Shown here in pieces: positions 37,891-46,005 of a stretch of 53,669 nt of DNA (position 1 is its first letter; each line of letters begins with the position of its first letter). The stretch lies in IMG/VR virus record IMGVR_UViG_3300045988_178360; one strand, written 5' to 3'. Position numbers and translations under genes: made by a program. This DNA is from a virus. The notes under the pieces were generated by a model. That model did no database searches, was not told where the DNA came from, and worked only from the letters and a program-made list of their open reading frames with translations.

Positions 37891-38385
37891 TCATTTAAAC
37901 AAATCTATAATTTTTTTATCTTCATCAATTATAACCAAATCTCCACCTTCTACTTTAAAAGTGTCAGTTTTAGTTTTTAACTCCCATTCATCTCCTTTTG
38001 AAAAAGGGGAATATTTTCTTAATCCTTTGAAATTTTTAGCTTGCAATATTTTAATTACATCCACATTAAAAACATCAAATATCACACCAATACAGTTTTT
38101 AGGTTTTGGTTTACCATACATAATTTTTATTTGTCCATTTTTTTCACATTTAAAAAAAACACCTTCCTCATTATAAAAAGATGTACTCCCCCAATTTTCT
38201 TCTATTTCAAAAGAAAATATTATACATATTCTCCCTTCTACTTCTATTCTGCTTCCCTCTATTGAATAACTCTTATAAAAATTCTGATTCAATAAATGTT
38301 TTATAATTTCTAATTCATTTCCTTTCACTGGTTTATATTCTTTTGCTTTTTTCTCAAGTTTTATTCTCATTATAATTCCACCCAT
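37891..38385 (-). CDS. Paralog family member C (164 aa)
   Basis: RIKLEKKAKEYKPVKGNELEIIKHLLNQNFYKSYSIEGS, the same N-terminal motif. Confidence 0.45.
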   Translation of the reverse strand: MGGIIMRIKLEKKAKEYKPVKGNELEIIKHLLNQNFYKSYSIEGSRIEVEGRICIIFSFEIEENWGSTSFYNEEGVFFKCEKNGQIKIMYGKPKPKNCIGVIFDVFNVDVIKILQAKNFKGLRKYSPFSKGDEWELKTKTDTFKVEGGDLVIIDEDKKIIDLFK

Positions 38386-38618
38386 TCTGGATTAACAATC
38401 CATATTGCTTTTTGCTCGCAGACATCTTCGCATGATTCACAATAAGTACATTTATGAACATATTTCTGAAAAAGGTATCCTTTACGAGGGTCTGCACTGT
38501 TCATTCTGTTTTTAACCATGTTTATGAATTCTTCTGATAATACTTCTGTTTGACATACTTCTACACATTCCATGCAGTTATTACAATCCTTATCAATGTT
38601 TATTACATAGCCAGTCAT
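38370..38618 (-). CDS. 2[4Fe-4S] ferredoxin-like protein (82 aa)
   Basis: Two CxxCxxCxxxC motifs: CNNCMECVEVC and CTYCESCEDVC. Confidence 0.6.
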   Translation of the reverse strand: MTGYVINIDKDCNNCMECVEVCQTEVLSEEFINMVKNRMNSADPRKGYLFQKYVHKCTYCESCEDVCEQKAIWIVNPEWVEL

Positions 38619-38644
38619 ATTTTTTCCACCATTTTATTTTGTAA

Positions 38645-38732
38645 TGTGAGGGTGGGGATTTGAACCCCAGAAAGTCCTATAACTAATAGATTCTAAGTCT
38701 ATCCCTTTTGACCATGACTCAGGCACCCTCAC
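38645..38732 (-). tRNA. tRNA-Leu: tRNA-Leu (anticodon UAG), class II with long variable arm
   Basis: Reverse complement GTGAGGG-TG-…-ATAGA-CTTAGAA-TCTAT-(17-nt variable arm)-TGGGG-TTCAAAT-CCCCA-CCCTCAC-A. The 7-bp acceptor and 5-bp anticodon and T stems all pair. The T-loop is TTCAAAT and the discriminator is A. Confidence 0.7.
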
Positions 38733-38765
38733 CTTTTGAATAATGAGTTTTGTTCTTAAATCATT

Positions 38766-39047
38766 TTAAAACCCATCTTCATTAGATTCCTGTTCCTCTA
38801 TACTTTCAAATTCATCTTCAGCGATAATATAACCCAAACAACCAACTTTTCCATAATAAACTTTGGGTTTATTATTACCAAGTTCTGATATATCTCTACG
38901 GTCTAAAAAATTTCTACAAGCCCAATTACCAGTAAACAATCCTTTAAAAACCACATCATCAATATCCCATTCCTCTTCAATAACAAATTCTTCCCCACCA
39001 ATATTATGATGCTCTATATCTTTTTTAATTATTCTTTTTTTATGCAT
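38766..39047 (-). CDS. Hypothetical protein (93 aa)
   Basis: ORF only. Confidence 0.3.
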   Translation of the reverse strand: MHKKRIIKKDIEHHNIGGEEFVIEEEWDIDDVVFKGLFTGNWACRNFLDRRDISELGNNKPKVYYGKVGCLGYIIAEDEFESIEEQESNEDGF

Positions 39048-39282
39048 ACTTCCCCTTCTTTCTTTTTTTTATTACCAATGTACAATATTTATTGTTGCTG
39101 GGTTTTGTTAAAACAGATTTTACTTCATATTTTTGTATTTTCTCTAAATCAAACAAGTTTATGGCGAATAATGTGGATGTATCTTCTACTGTGACTCCAC
39201 ATTCTACCTCGGTGTCCGGAGATACTTCTTTTAATATTTCGATTAGTCTTCCCGCTTTCATTCTTTCACTCCAGTTATCCAA
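39040..39282 (-). CDS. Hypothetical protein (80 aa)
   Basis: ORF only. Confidence 0.3.
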   Translation of the reverse strand: MDNWSERMKAGRLIEILKEVSPDTEVECGVTVEDTSTLFAINLFDLEKIQKYEVKSVLTKPSNNKYCTLVIKKRKKGKYA

Positions 39283-39998
39283 AAACCATCTTCATTATCT
39301 TCAAGGACAAAACCGTAATCTTCTAACAGTTTTTTACCTCTTTTCATGTCTGTGTCTAAATCAAAACCACAAACAATATCTCCTTTATGTTTACCATCTA
39401 TTATTTCTCCCCATTCTGTCCAATAATCTTTAAAATCATTATTTTCTAATATATTATCAACGATTTCACTTGCTTTTATTGCTTCAGTCCGTGACTTGTG
39501 AGAGTTTGTGAAATATAATTTTAATAAAGATATATTGAACTTATCATTATTTGAATCACCTTCAATATCATTACTATCCTTTTCTTTTTCATTTAAATTA
39601 TAACCTCTTGTTTCCACAGTAAAAGTAATAGTATGTAAACTGTTATCTTTTCGTACATTTGGCACGATACATTCATCTCTTATACATTTCTTACAAGGTG
39701 GAAGTGCCTTGTCTAAATATCTCTTTTTTAATACAGGATTTATTACCCCATCATCAAGAAATAACTCACCATCCATAATAGAGCAAGTTTCATCAATTTT
39801 AATATTAGTAAATCCATGATTTTGTAACTGTGCAGGAAGATATTCTTCAAAAATGATTTCAACTGCCATTCTGCATGGTTCTTCACCTTCATCTAATGAT
39901 GTTTTGTTGGAGTATTTCTCTATACATTCATCAAATGCTTCCTGTACAATAATATTTAGTTGGTAATTATCAAAATAATACTTATGGCTCATTATCAT
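39258..39998 (-). CDS. Hypothetical protein (real start probably internal Met near 39998) sharing a C-terminal domain with 42715-42987
   Basis: The C-terminus GDIVCGFDLD…LLEDYGFVLEDNEDGFWITGVKE is similar to LLVCVFYADED…LLKEGFIIKENKNELWVTGIK. The annotated N-terminus overlaps the upstream gene. Confidence 0.35.
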   Translation of the reverse strand: MIMSHKYYFDNYQLNIIVQEAFDECIEKYSNKTSLDEGEEPCRMAVEIIFEEYLPAQLQNHGFTNIKIDETCSIMDGELFLDDGVINPVLKKRYLDKALPPCKKCIRDECIVPNVRKDNSLHTITFTVETRGYNLNEKEKDSNDIEGDSNNDKFNISLLKLYFTNSHKSRTEAIKASEIVDNILENNDFKDYWTEWGEIIDGKHKGDIVCGFDLDTDMKRGKKLLEDYGFVLEDNEDGFWITGVKE

Positions 39999-40050
39999 AT
40001 AGGTTGGTTCAGTAAATGAATGATATACTTCTATTCTATAAAAATACATT

Positions 40051-40725
40051 CTAAAACAACTCCCAAGGAAAATCTGGTAATTCAAATATAATTTGATATA
40101 AAACAGTATCATCATTCATATCTGGATAACTACTTTTTAATTCCTGTTTCAACAATTCAACATGATGATACCCCTCACGATTAGCATGTCTATAATGTAA
40201 GTTTTTAAATTTCACTTGTTCACTCTTTTTTACTTTTCGATATGCTTTTGAACTCCCATCAGTCGCCACACATTTCACAACATCTCCTTTTTTCAATCCT
40301 TTATCTGATTTTCTTATTGTGGCTCTTTTTTCAGTGGTTTTTAGTAAATCCATGAGTTCTGGTTTAAATCTTAATGTTTTTCTCTGGGAATCATTTATAT
40401 GCCCCACTTTTTGAACCAAATTTGTATTGTTAATTAAACTAATTTTACTATGCAACATTGAAATCTCCCTATCAACACTATAAATTACTTCTTCACAGAC
40501 ATTTTCATTATGAAGTAAAATATTAAGTTCACTGTTTAAGAAACTAATATTCGTTTTCAATGTAGTTCTCCCAGTTCTCTCCCACTTCATCTTATTTATT
40601 GCTTCAGCAAATCGTTCCGGTTCTTTTCTTATACTCCTAAATGTTAAAATAATATCAGCTATAAGAATAACCCCTAATATGATTGAAATAATTATTACTA
40701 AATCAATCATTTTTCCAACCCCCAT
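40051..40725 (-). CDS. Membrane-anchored hypothetical protein (224 aa)
   Basis: N-terminal IDLVIIISIILGVILIADIILTF transmembrane segment. Confidence 0.35.
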   Translation of the reverse strand: MGVGKMIDLVIIISIILGVILIADIILTFRSIRKEPERFAEAINKMKWERTGRTTLKTNISFLNSELNILLHNENVCEEVIYSVDREISMLHSKISLINNTNLVQKVGHINDSQRKTLRFKPELMDLLKTTEKRATIRKSDKGLKKGDVVKCVATDGSSKAYRKVKKSEQVKFKNLHYRHANREGYHHVELLKQELKSSYPDMNDDTVLYQIIFELPDFPWELF

Positions 40726-41216
40726 CTACTGCAAACAACACCGGTATCACCATAATATTTTCCATCATACGGCTGTTTACAAGGACTACTTAATGTTTCA
40801 AAAACAATCTGACACAAACAATCACCAAAATTCAACTGAAAAGGCTTATCACTACAATTAAACAACTCCAAAGTAATATTGCCCCTAAAACAAGGGTCAA
40901 TATAACCAGCAGTCACATGAACCATCACACCCAACCTACCAATACTAGACCTTCCCTCAACACGAGCAACAAGATCCTCTGGAATGTTTACATATTCTAC
41001 TGTTGAACCTAATATGAATTCTCCAGGTTGCAATACATACATACTTTTTTCATCTAAATAGAATGTTTTACCATCAATATTTTTAAGTACTTTATCTAAC
41101 TGTAAATCAACACTTGCAGGTTGAACTCGATTCTGTAAACAAGCTAATAGGTTATCATTATACGGAAATAACTCTTCCCATCTTTCAAGGATATCTTTAT
41201 CGCTTAAAACACTCAT
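40707..41216 (-). CDS. dcd: dCTP deaminase (Dcd/dUTPase fold; possibly bifunctional)
   Basis: Motifs PASVDLQL and GYIDPCFRGNITLEL match the dCTP deaminase family signature G.IDPG[YF]RG. Confidence 0.6.
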   Translation of the reverse strand: MSVLSDKDILERWEELFPYNDNLLACLQNRVQPASVDLQLDKVLKNIDGKTFYLDEKSMYVLQPGEFILGSTVEYVNIPEDLVARVEGRSSIGRLGVMVHVTAGYIDPCFRGNITLELFNCSDKPFQLNFGDCLCQIVFETLSSPCKQPYDGKYYGDTGVVCSRWGLEK

Positions 41217-41235
41217 AGTACCCTCCTCTCAATAG

Positions 41236-41442
41236 TTATTTTGCCTTTCCTAAAAAAGTAATTAATGACGTTAACACTATCGAAAATAAGATTACGAAAC
41301 TCCACCAAACAACACCAGTTAAACCTAAAATTGTTGCAAGATAAGTTCCTAATATAATCGTACAAATTAACGGTAAACACACAATAAATACTAACAATAC
41401 AGTTATTGCTCCTCCACCTAATATACTCCACCAATCAGTCAT
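41236..41442 (-). CDS. Small hydrophobic membrane protein (68 aa, 2-3 TM)
   Basis: Composition only. Confidence 0.35.
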   Translation of the reverse strand: MTDWWSILGGGAITVLLVFIVCLPLICTIILGTYLATILGLTGVVWWSFVILFSIVLTSLITFLGKAK

Positions 41443-41915
41443 AATACTATCTCCTTAATTTTCTCAACAGTTTCATCTAAATCATCATTCTCAATAATTA
41501 AATCAAAACACCAGTCAGGCAATATTTGATAATCCCTATGTTTACGGTCACATCCCCTATCAGAAACAATTTTCACAATATAAATATCCGCACCTCTCGG
41601 CAACCAATAATTTATAGAATCAAGCACACCTAAATCATCAACAACATAAACATTAATCATCTCTTCAAGAAATTGACCTGAATTTGTGAAATATAACTCC
41701 CCACCAAAAACTGTTGAAGCTATAATACCTCCCATTAAAAAGAAATCCCAAGCATCTTCTTTATCAATATAAAAATGGTCATCATCTTCTTCATTTCGTG
41801 GTTGTCTTGTTGAAATACTCATCACTTCATGAAACGGATGATCTTCACATAATTTCTTTGAGATGGTTGTTTTACCCACTCCACTTTCACCAGTTAATAA
41901 TATTATTTTCATCAT
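41439..41915 (-). CDS. P-loop nucleoside/nucleotide kinase-like protein
   Basis: Walker A LLTGESGVGKTT near the N-terminus, 158 aa. Confidence 0.45.
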   Translation of the reverse strand: MMKIILLTGESGVGKTTISKKLCEDHPFHEVMSISTRQPRNEEDDDHFYIDKEDAWDFFLMGGIIASTVFGGELYFTNSGQFLEEMINVYVVDDLGVLDSINYWLPRGADIYIVKIVSDRGCDRKHRDYQILPDWCFDLIIENDDLDETVEKIKEIVL

Positions 41916-42145
41916 AATTTCTGCACCTTTTCAAGTAATTGTTTAGCAACTAAATCATCTTCTTCAAATATTTTATCATAATTCATAAATTTACCTAATT
42001 TAACTGCTCTTCCACCAACACCTTCAATCCGTAATTTAATAACAGAATCATCATTTAATTTTAAAGTAACCCATTTCCCAAGCAATGATTCTCTTTTTTG
42101 TAAGAATAATTCCTGTAATTTTTCTGGTGATTCACACATATTCAT
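41912..42145 (-). CDS. Hypothetical protein (77 aa)
   Basis: ORF only. Confidence 0.3.
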   Translation of the reverse strand: MNMCESPEKLQELFLQKRESLLGKWVTLKLNDDSVIKLRIEGVGGRAVKLGKFMNYDKIFEEDDLVAKQLLEKVQKL

Positions 42146-42315
42146 CCCTCAATTTGTTTTAATCTTACTTTTAATTCTTGTCTTAATTCAATTATTTTGT
42201 CTGTTGTGCTTCTGATTTGCTCTCCAGACATTAAATTTTTACTATGATATAATTTATCTTCTAAATAAGAGATTTGAGTTTGAATAACTCTAATCTCTTC
42301 GTTTAACTGATTCAT
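42142..42315 (-). CDS. Small coiled-coil protein (57 aa) linked by ATGA overlaps to both neighbours
   Basis: Not in the supplied track. It reads MNQLNEEIRVIQTQISYLEDKLYHSKNLMSGEQIRSTTDKIIELRQELKVRLKQIEG. Confidence 0.3.
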   Translation of the reverse strand: MNQLNEEIRVIQTQISYLEDKLYHSKNLMSGEQIRSTTDKIIELRQELKVRLKQIEG

Positions 42316-42743
42316 TTTCCTTCTACCTTCTTTTTTAAGAATGGCATTATCTCTTCAACATCAAAAACATACTTTGCATATCCGGAGCAAGCATCTAACT
42401 TATAGATATCCTTATACAAGCTCCCTAGGTATGTTGCAACGATTATATTCATTGTTCTTAATTTTAAATCAGAACCATACTGGGTATTGACTTCATCAAG
42501 TAACTCTATAATCTCATTCCTACTATACATAGTATGTTCTTCATGTAATTCTCTCATGTCTGCTCTAATGCTTTTCGCACATAATATTGCAAACATTACT
42601 TGACGTATTGAAGCTATACTATCTTCATCAATATTTGTAATTTCATCTTCCAGAGTATATCTCATAATTTCTAATGCCTTAATATGTTTATCAAGAATAA
42701 ACATAACATTTTCTTTATTTAATTCCGGTAACCCACAATTCAT
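42312..42743 (-). CDS. Hypothetical protein (143 aa)
   Basis: ORF only. Confidence 0.3.
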   Translation of the reverse strand: MNCGLPELNKENVMFILDKHIKALEIMRYTLEDEITNIDEDSIASIRQVMFAILCAKSIRADMRELHEEHTMYSRNEIIELLDEVNTQYGSDLKLRTMNIIVATYLGSLYKDIYKLDACSGYAKYVFDVEEIMPFLKKKVEGK

Positions 42744-42987
42744 TCTTATTCTCCTTTATAATAAAACCTTCTTTTAAGAGTAATCCTTCTGCTAACCACA
42801 TATCTTCATCTGCGTAAAAAACACATACTAATAAACCGTTCTTATATTCTTTATCCACATATGCTGATTTCACATTATATTCTTTCAGTAATTGTTCCGC
42901 ATTCCATATTGCACTTTCAAGATTGTCAAAATCTCCAGTATGGAATTGTTTTATAATTGTTTTCAATGTTTCTGAATATTTGTTCAT
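42715..42987 (-). CDS. Small protein sharing a C-terminal domain with 39258-39998
   Basis: See 39258-39998. Confidence 0.35.
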   Translation of the reverse strand: MNKYSETLKTIIKQFHTGDFDNLESAIWNAEQLLKEYNVKSAYVDKEYKNGLLVCVFYADEDMWLAEGLLLKEGFIIKENKNELWVTGIK

Positions 42988-43247
42988 GAACCATTACTCC
43001 TTCTTCGTACAAGATTATAATTATTATAATAGTAATCAATTAGTAATTTCAAGTCATAAGCACTTGTTTTAACTGATTCCATATGTGCAGTTGTTTCCAT
43101 TTGCTCTATATATTCACTTAATATTGCTGAAATTGCATCACTACGATTAATATCATAACCTTTTTCAAGAAATAAACTTAACCAATCATCAAATTCTTTT
43201 AACAAATCCTCTGATATTCGAAGATTTATTCCTTTTTTATCCTTCAA
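42984..43247 (-). CDS. Hypothetical protein (87 aa)
   Basis: ORF only. Confidence 0.3.
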   Translation of the reverse strand: MKDKKGINLRISEDLLKEFDDWLSLFLEKGYDINRSDAISAILSEYIEQMETTAHMESVKTSAYDLKLLIDYYYNNYNLVRRRSNGS

Positions 43248-43461
43248 TTACTTCAACTCCATGAATAAACTGATATTCAATATATAATGTATGTATTTCC
43301 CCATCATCTAATTTTGAAGATAAAGTCATACAAGTATTATTACACTCTATCATAATAGAATTATCATACAAGTACTCTGCACCATTAAACACAAGTTTTA
43401 ACTTATGATTTGGGGATAATTTAAATCTGCTTACTGCTAATGCTACTGTTTCTGCTTTCAT
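43237..43461 (-). CDS. Hypothetical protein (74 aa)
   Basis: ORF only. Confidence 0.3.
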   Translation of the reverse strand: MKAETVALAVSRFKLSPNHKLKLVFNGAEYLYDNSIMIECNNTCMTLSSKLDDGEIHTLYIEYQFIHGVEVIEG

Positions 43462-43464
43462 TAT

Positions 43465-43944
43465 TTATGACCTTCCTTTCTGTTTAGGAGATTTTTTCAA
43501 AGTATACCCATTTTCGTGCATGAGCCTATGTAAACCTTTAATTGTGTCACTTTTCAAATCTTTGAACATGAAACTTCCATGTCTTTTATAAACCTTACTA
43601 TAACCCATTTTTGATGGGGTAGTACTATATTCATAAATCTCTAAATCTTCTTGAATATCGCATAATTTGTTTTTATCCCAATCATATTTTTTTAATTCTT
43701 TCACAATTGATTGTGCTTCTTCTAAAGTTTGATACTGCCCATAATTAACATCATTTTTTTTCACAATATACACTCTTCTTTTAAGATAAACATAATCCTT
43801 ATTCCTATTATGAGCAGTTTTTCCTTTGCGTTTTTCTAATAATTTAAAAGCAGTTTCTAAATCCAAATTATGCTTTAAAAAAATATTGTGAAGAGAGTCA
43901 TCAGACTCTCTTATTTCTAAGCTTAATTCTTCTGCAGAAATCAT
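43465..43944 (-). CDS. AP2-like DNA-binding protein (159 aa)
   Basis: YGQYQTLEEAQSIVKELKKYDWDKNK matches the AP2-like signature seen in 35943-36350. Confidence 0.35.
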   Translation of the reverse strand: MISAEELSLEIRESDDSLHNIFLKHNLDLETAFKLLEKRKGKTAHNRNKDYVYLKRRVYIVKKNDVNYGQYQTLEEAQSIVKELKKYDWDKNKLCDIQEDLEIYEYSTTPSKMGYSKVYKRHGSFMFKDLKSDTIKGLHRLMHENGYTLKKSPKQKGRS

Positions 43945-44669
43945 AATCCCACCAATTTTTTAGCTTTACTATAATCAGTTTTATAGATGTGTGCAGAACT
44001 GGAATAATAATAAATTCCATCAAAAACAATATTTGCATTGACTGGATCTCTACGATTTAATTCTTCAACAAGTAACATACCAATATAAGTGATGAAATAC
44101 ATATTACTATAGTATGCTCCGAAAATATCGTTGCTTCTGAAGAAGCAATGTATAGTTAATTTCCTATCTCTTACAATTGCTTGTAACACTTGTAAGCATG
44201 GAATATCTTCTTCGGAGCAGTCATGTTTAGGGTCAAGAGTAACTGCAACACTACGATTTGACCCTAAATCATCTATTAATTTTTCAACCATGGTTTCAAA
44301 TTGATTGACTCCAAAGTATTCTTTAATACGATTAGGGTAAGTATATTTAAACCCACCAACATCACTACTGTTAAAACTTTTAACATAATATGATAAAGAC
44401 TGACCATTAATTGGACATCCATCTATATCAAACTCTCCTTTCTCAATATCATCTATTAATTCTCCAGAGGTTATTAATTCATATTTTGCTTTATGAGAAT
44501 AACCTAATGGATTATCAATTCTTATTATGTTCCCTAAATTTTCAAGGATTTCTTTACCATCTTTAAAAGTCCAGTGTCCATTTTGGATTATTCTTTTAAC
44601 AAACTCTTTATATGATTCATTTATGCTGCACATTGTCTGCAAACTCCTTAATTGCATGAGCAGAATCAC
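43941..44669 (-). CDS. Thymidylate synthase (ThyA)-family protein: thymidylate synthase or pyrimidine hydroxymethylase
   Basis: EDIPCLQVLQAIVRDRKLTIHCFFRSNDIFGAYYSNMYFITYIGMLLV aligns by eye with ThyA [47 protein letters not shown]. The catalytic Cys is conserved. At 242 aa it is the short archaeal/phage type. Confidence 0.5.
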   Translation of the reverse strand: MILLMQLRSLQTMCSINESYKEFVKRIIQNGHWTFKDGKEILENLGNIIRIDNPLGYSHKAKYELITSGELIDDIEKGEFDIDGCPINGQSLSYYVKSFNSSDVGGFKYTYPNRIKEYFGVNQFETMVEKLIDDLGSNRSVAVTLDPKHDCSEEDIPCLQVLQAIVRDRKLTIHCFFRSNDIFGAYYSNMYFITYIGMLLVEELNRRDPVNANIVFDGIYYYSSSAHIYKTDYSKAKKLVGL

Positions 44670-45093
44670 TTATAAAAGCATCATACTCAATCACTATATC
44701 AAAATTATCATCACAATACATACTGCCAGTTCTACAAGAGCAAACATCCGGTTTTGCAATTCTAACAGTAATAATTGAATCTTCAGGACAATTATTCAAT
44801 AATTGTGTTAAACCATCATCATCAAGAATCAACACATTAAAACCAGTTTCACTCATCATTTCTTTGAAATATACATATATTTCATCATGAACATATGTAG
44901 ATACTAAAGGAACATTTTCTCCCATTAACACTCTCATTTTATCTGCTTTCACATAAGGAGTATTCCAAATACGACTATGCTCCTCATCAGTAGTATACGG
45001 TTCAATATACTCAAAACCATCATAAACACTTAATGCCTGAGCCAACACATCTTTACCAGTGTGTTCACCACCATTTATCACTAAAAATTTCAT
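44617..45093 (-). CDS. dNMP kinase-like P-loop protein (T4 gp1-like GKD motif)
   Basis: MKFLVINGGEHTGKDVLAQ resembles T4 Dnk LIFLSGVKRSGKDT. It overlaps the ThyA-like gene. Confidence 0.4.
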   Translation of the reverse strand: MKFLVINGGEHTGKDVLAQALSVYDGFEYIEPYTTDEEHSRIWNTPYVKADKMRVLMGENVPLVSTYVHDEIYVYFKEMMSETGFNVLILDDDGLTQLLNNCPEDSIITVRIAKPDVCSCRTGSMYCDDNFDIVIEYDAFISDSAHAIKEFADNVQHK

Positions 45094-45283
45094 TTAATTC
45101 CTCCCAACTTAATAATTTATCAAAAGCAACATGTAAGAAGACACCAACATCTTCCAACCTGTCCTCTTTATATTCTTCTTTTTTTTCTTCCTCTTCTTTT
45201 TCCTCTGCAATCATATACAAAATCTGAGGGTCATGTCGGTCAGGGTCAAGATACCCAACTCCATGATCACTATAACCAATCAT
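45065..45283 (-). CDS. Small acidic protein (72 aa, EEKEEEEKKEE)
   Basis: ORF with strongly charged composition. Confidence 0.3.
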   Translation of the reverse strand: MIGYSDHGVGYLDPDRHDPQILYMIAEEKEEEEKKEEYKEDRLEDVGVFLHVAFDKLLSWEELNEIFSDKWW

Positions 45284-45285
45284 TT

Positions 45286-46005
45286 TTACTGCTCCAGTAT
45301 TGGTGCTATTAAAGTAGTTAGTTCAACATCATTATTCTCAAATTTAAATATTGCTGGATAGTCATTGTCAAATTTGAGTTTAACTTCATTTGAAATGTCT
45401 GGGAAGTTTATAACATCTTTAAAATTATTTATATTATATGTTGCTCTCCCATCATTATTTGTTTCTCCTAACTCTGCACATTCAACCGCTCCTTTATAAT
45501 CATTTAATCCATAGAATTTTAAATCATTATCCTCGCTTGTTAAAATTACCACTGGACTTGCCATTAAATCCAAATCTTTTAAGGAATCAAGCAAAAAATC
45601 TAAATTAACAGTTGATTCTATGTTTAAATCAAAGGAGGGTAATTCTCGAAAAGTATCATATTCATCAAGTAAACTGATAGTGAAATTCCTCCTCCGATCC
45701 CCATTAATAATAATATGCAGTTCATATGAGTCCACATCAAATATTATGCTTTCTCCATGCTTTACTGTTTTTAAAATTTTAAACAAATCACTTGGAACTA
45801 TTCTAATAGCTTCATTGTCTGCTACTTCAAATAATTCAAAGTAACTTCTTTTAAAAAACACTTCAAACATTGTAGTCATGGATTTGGAAGCAACTTGACA
45901 TTTTAAACCATCTTCAGAAGCAATGAATGTTATTTCATCAGCAACATTACTAACTCCTTTTAAAAAATTAGTTAAAGCTGAAAATTCATATAATGAAAAC
46001 TTCAT
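45286..46005 (-). CDS. PCNA-like sliding clamp candidate (239 aa)
   Basis: Length and the two-domain pattern fit PCNA: N-terminal ALTNFLKGVSNVADEITFIASEDGLKCQ resembles PCNA [28 protein letters not shown], with an LIAP-containing C-terminus. Acidic pI. Confidence 0.4.
   Translation of the reverse strand: MKFSLYEFSALTNFLKGVSNVADEITFIASEDGLKCQVASKSMTTMFEVFFKRSYFELFEVADNEAIRIVPSDLFKILKTVKHGESIIFDVDSYELHIIINGDRRRNFTISLLDEYDTFRELPSFDLNIESTVNLDFLLDSLKDLDLMASPVVILTSEDNDLKFYGLNDYKGAVECAELGETNNDGRATYNINNFKDVINFPDISNEVKLKFDNDYPAIFKFENNDVELTTLIAPILEQ

Noticed and set aside
37787-38265. Plus-strand ORFs 37787-38176 and 38041-38265 across the paralog cluster
   Set aside because: Antisense to three well-formed minus-strand paralogs. 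Translations are Phe/Ile/Leu-rich junk typical of AT-rich antisense.
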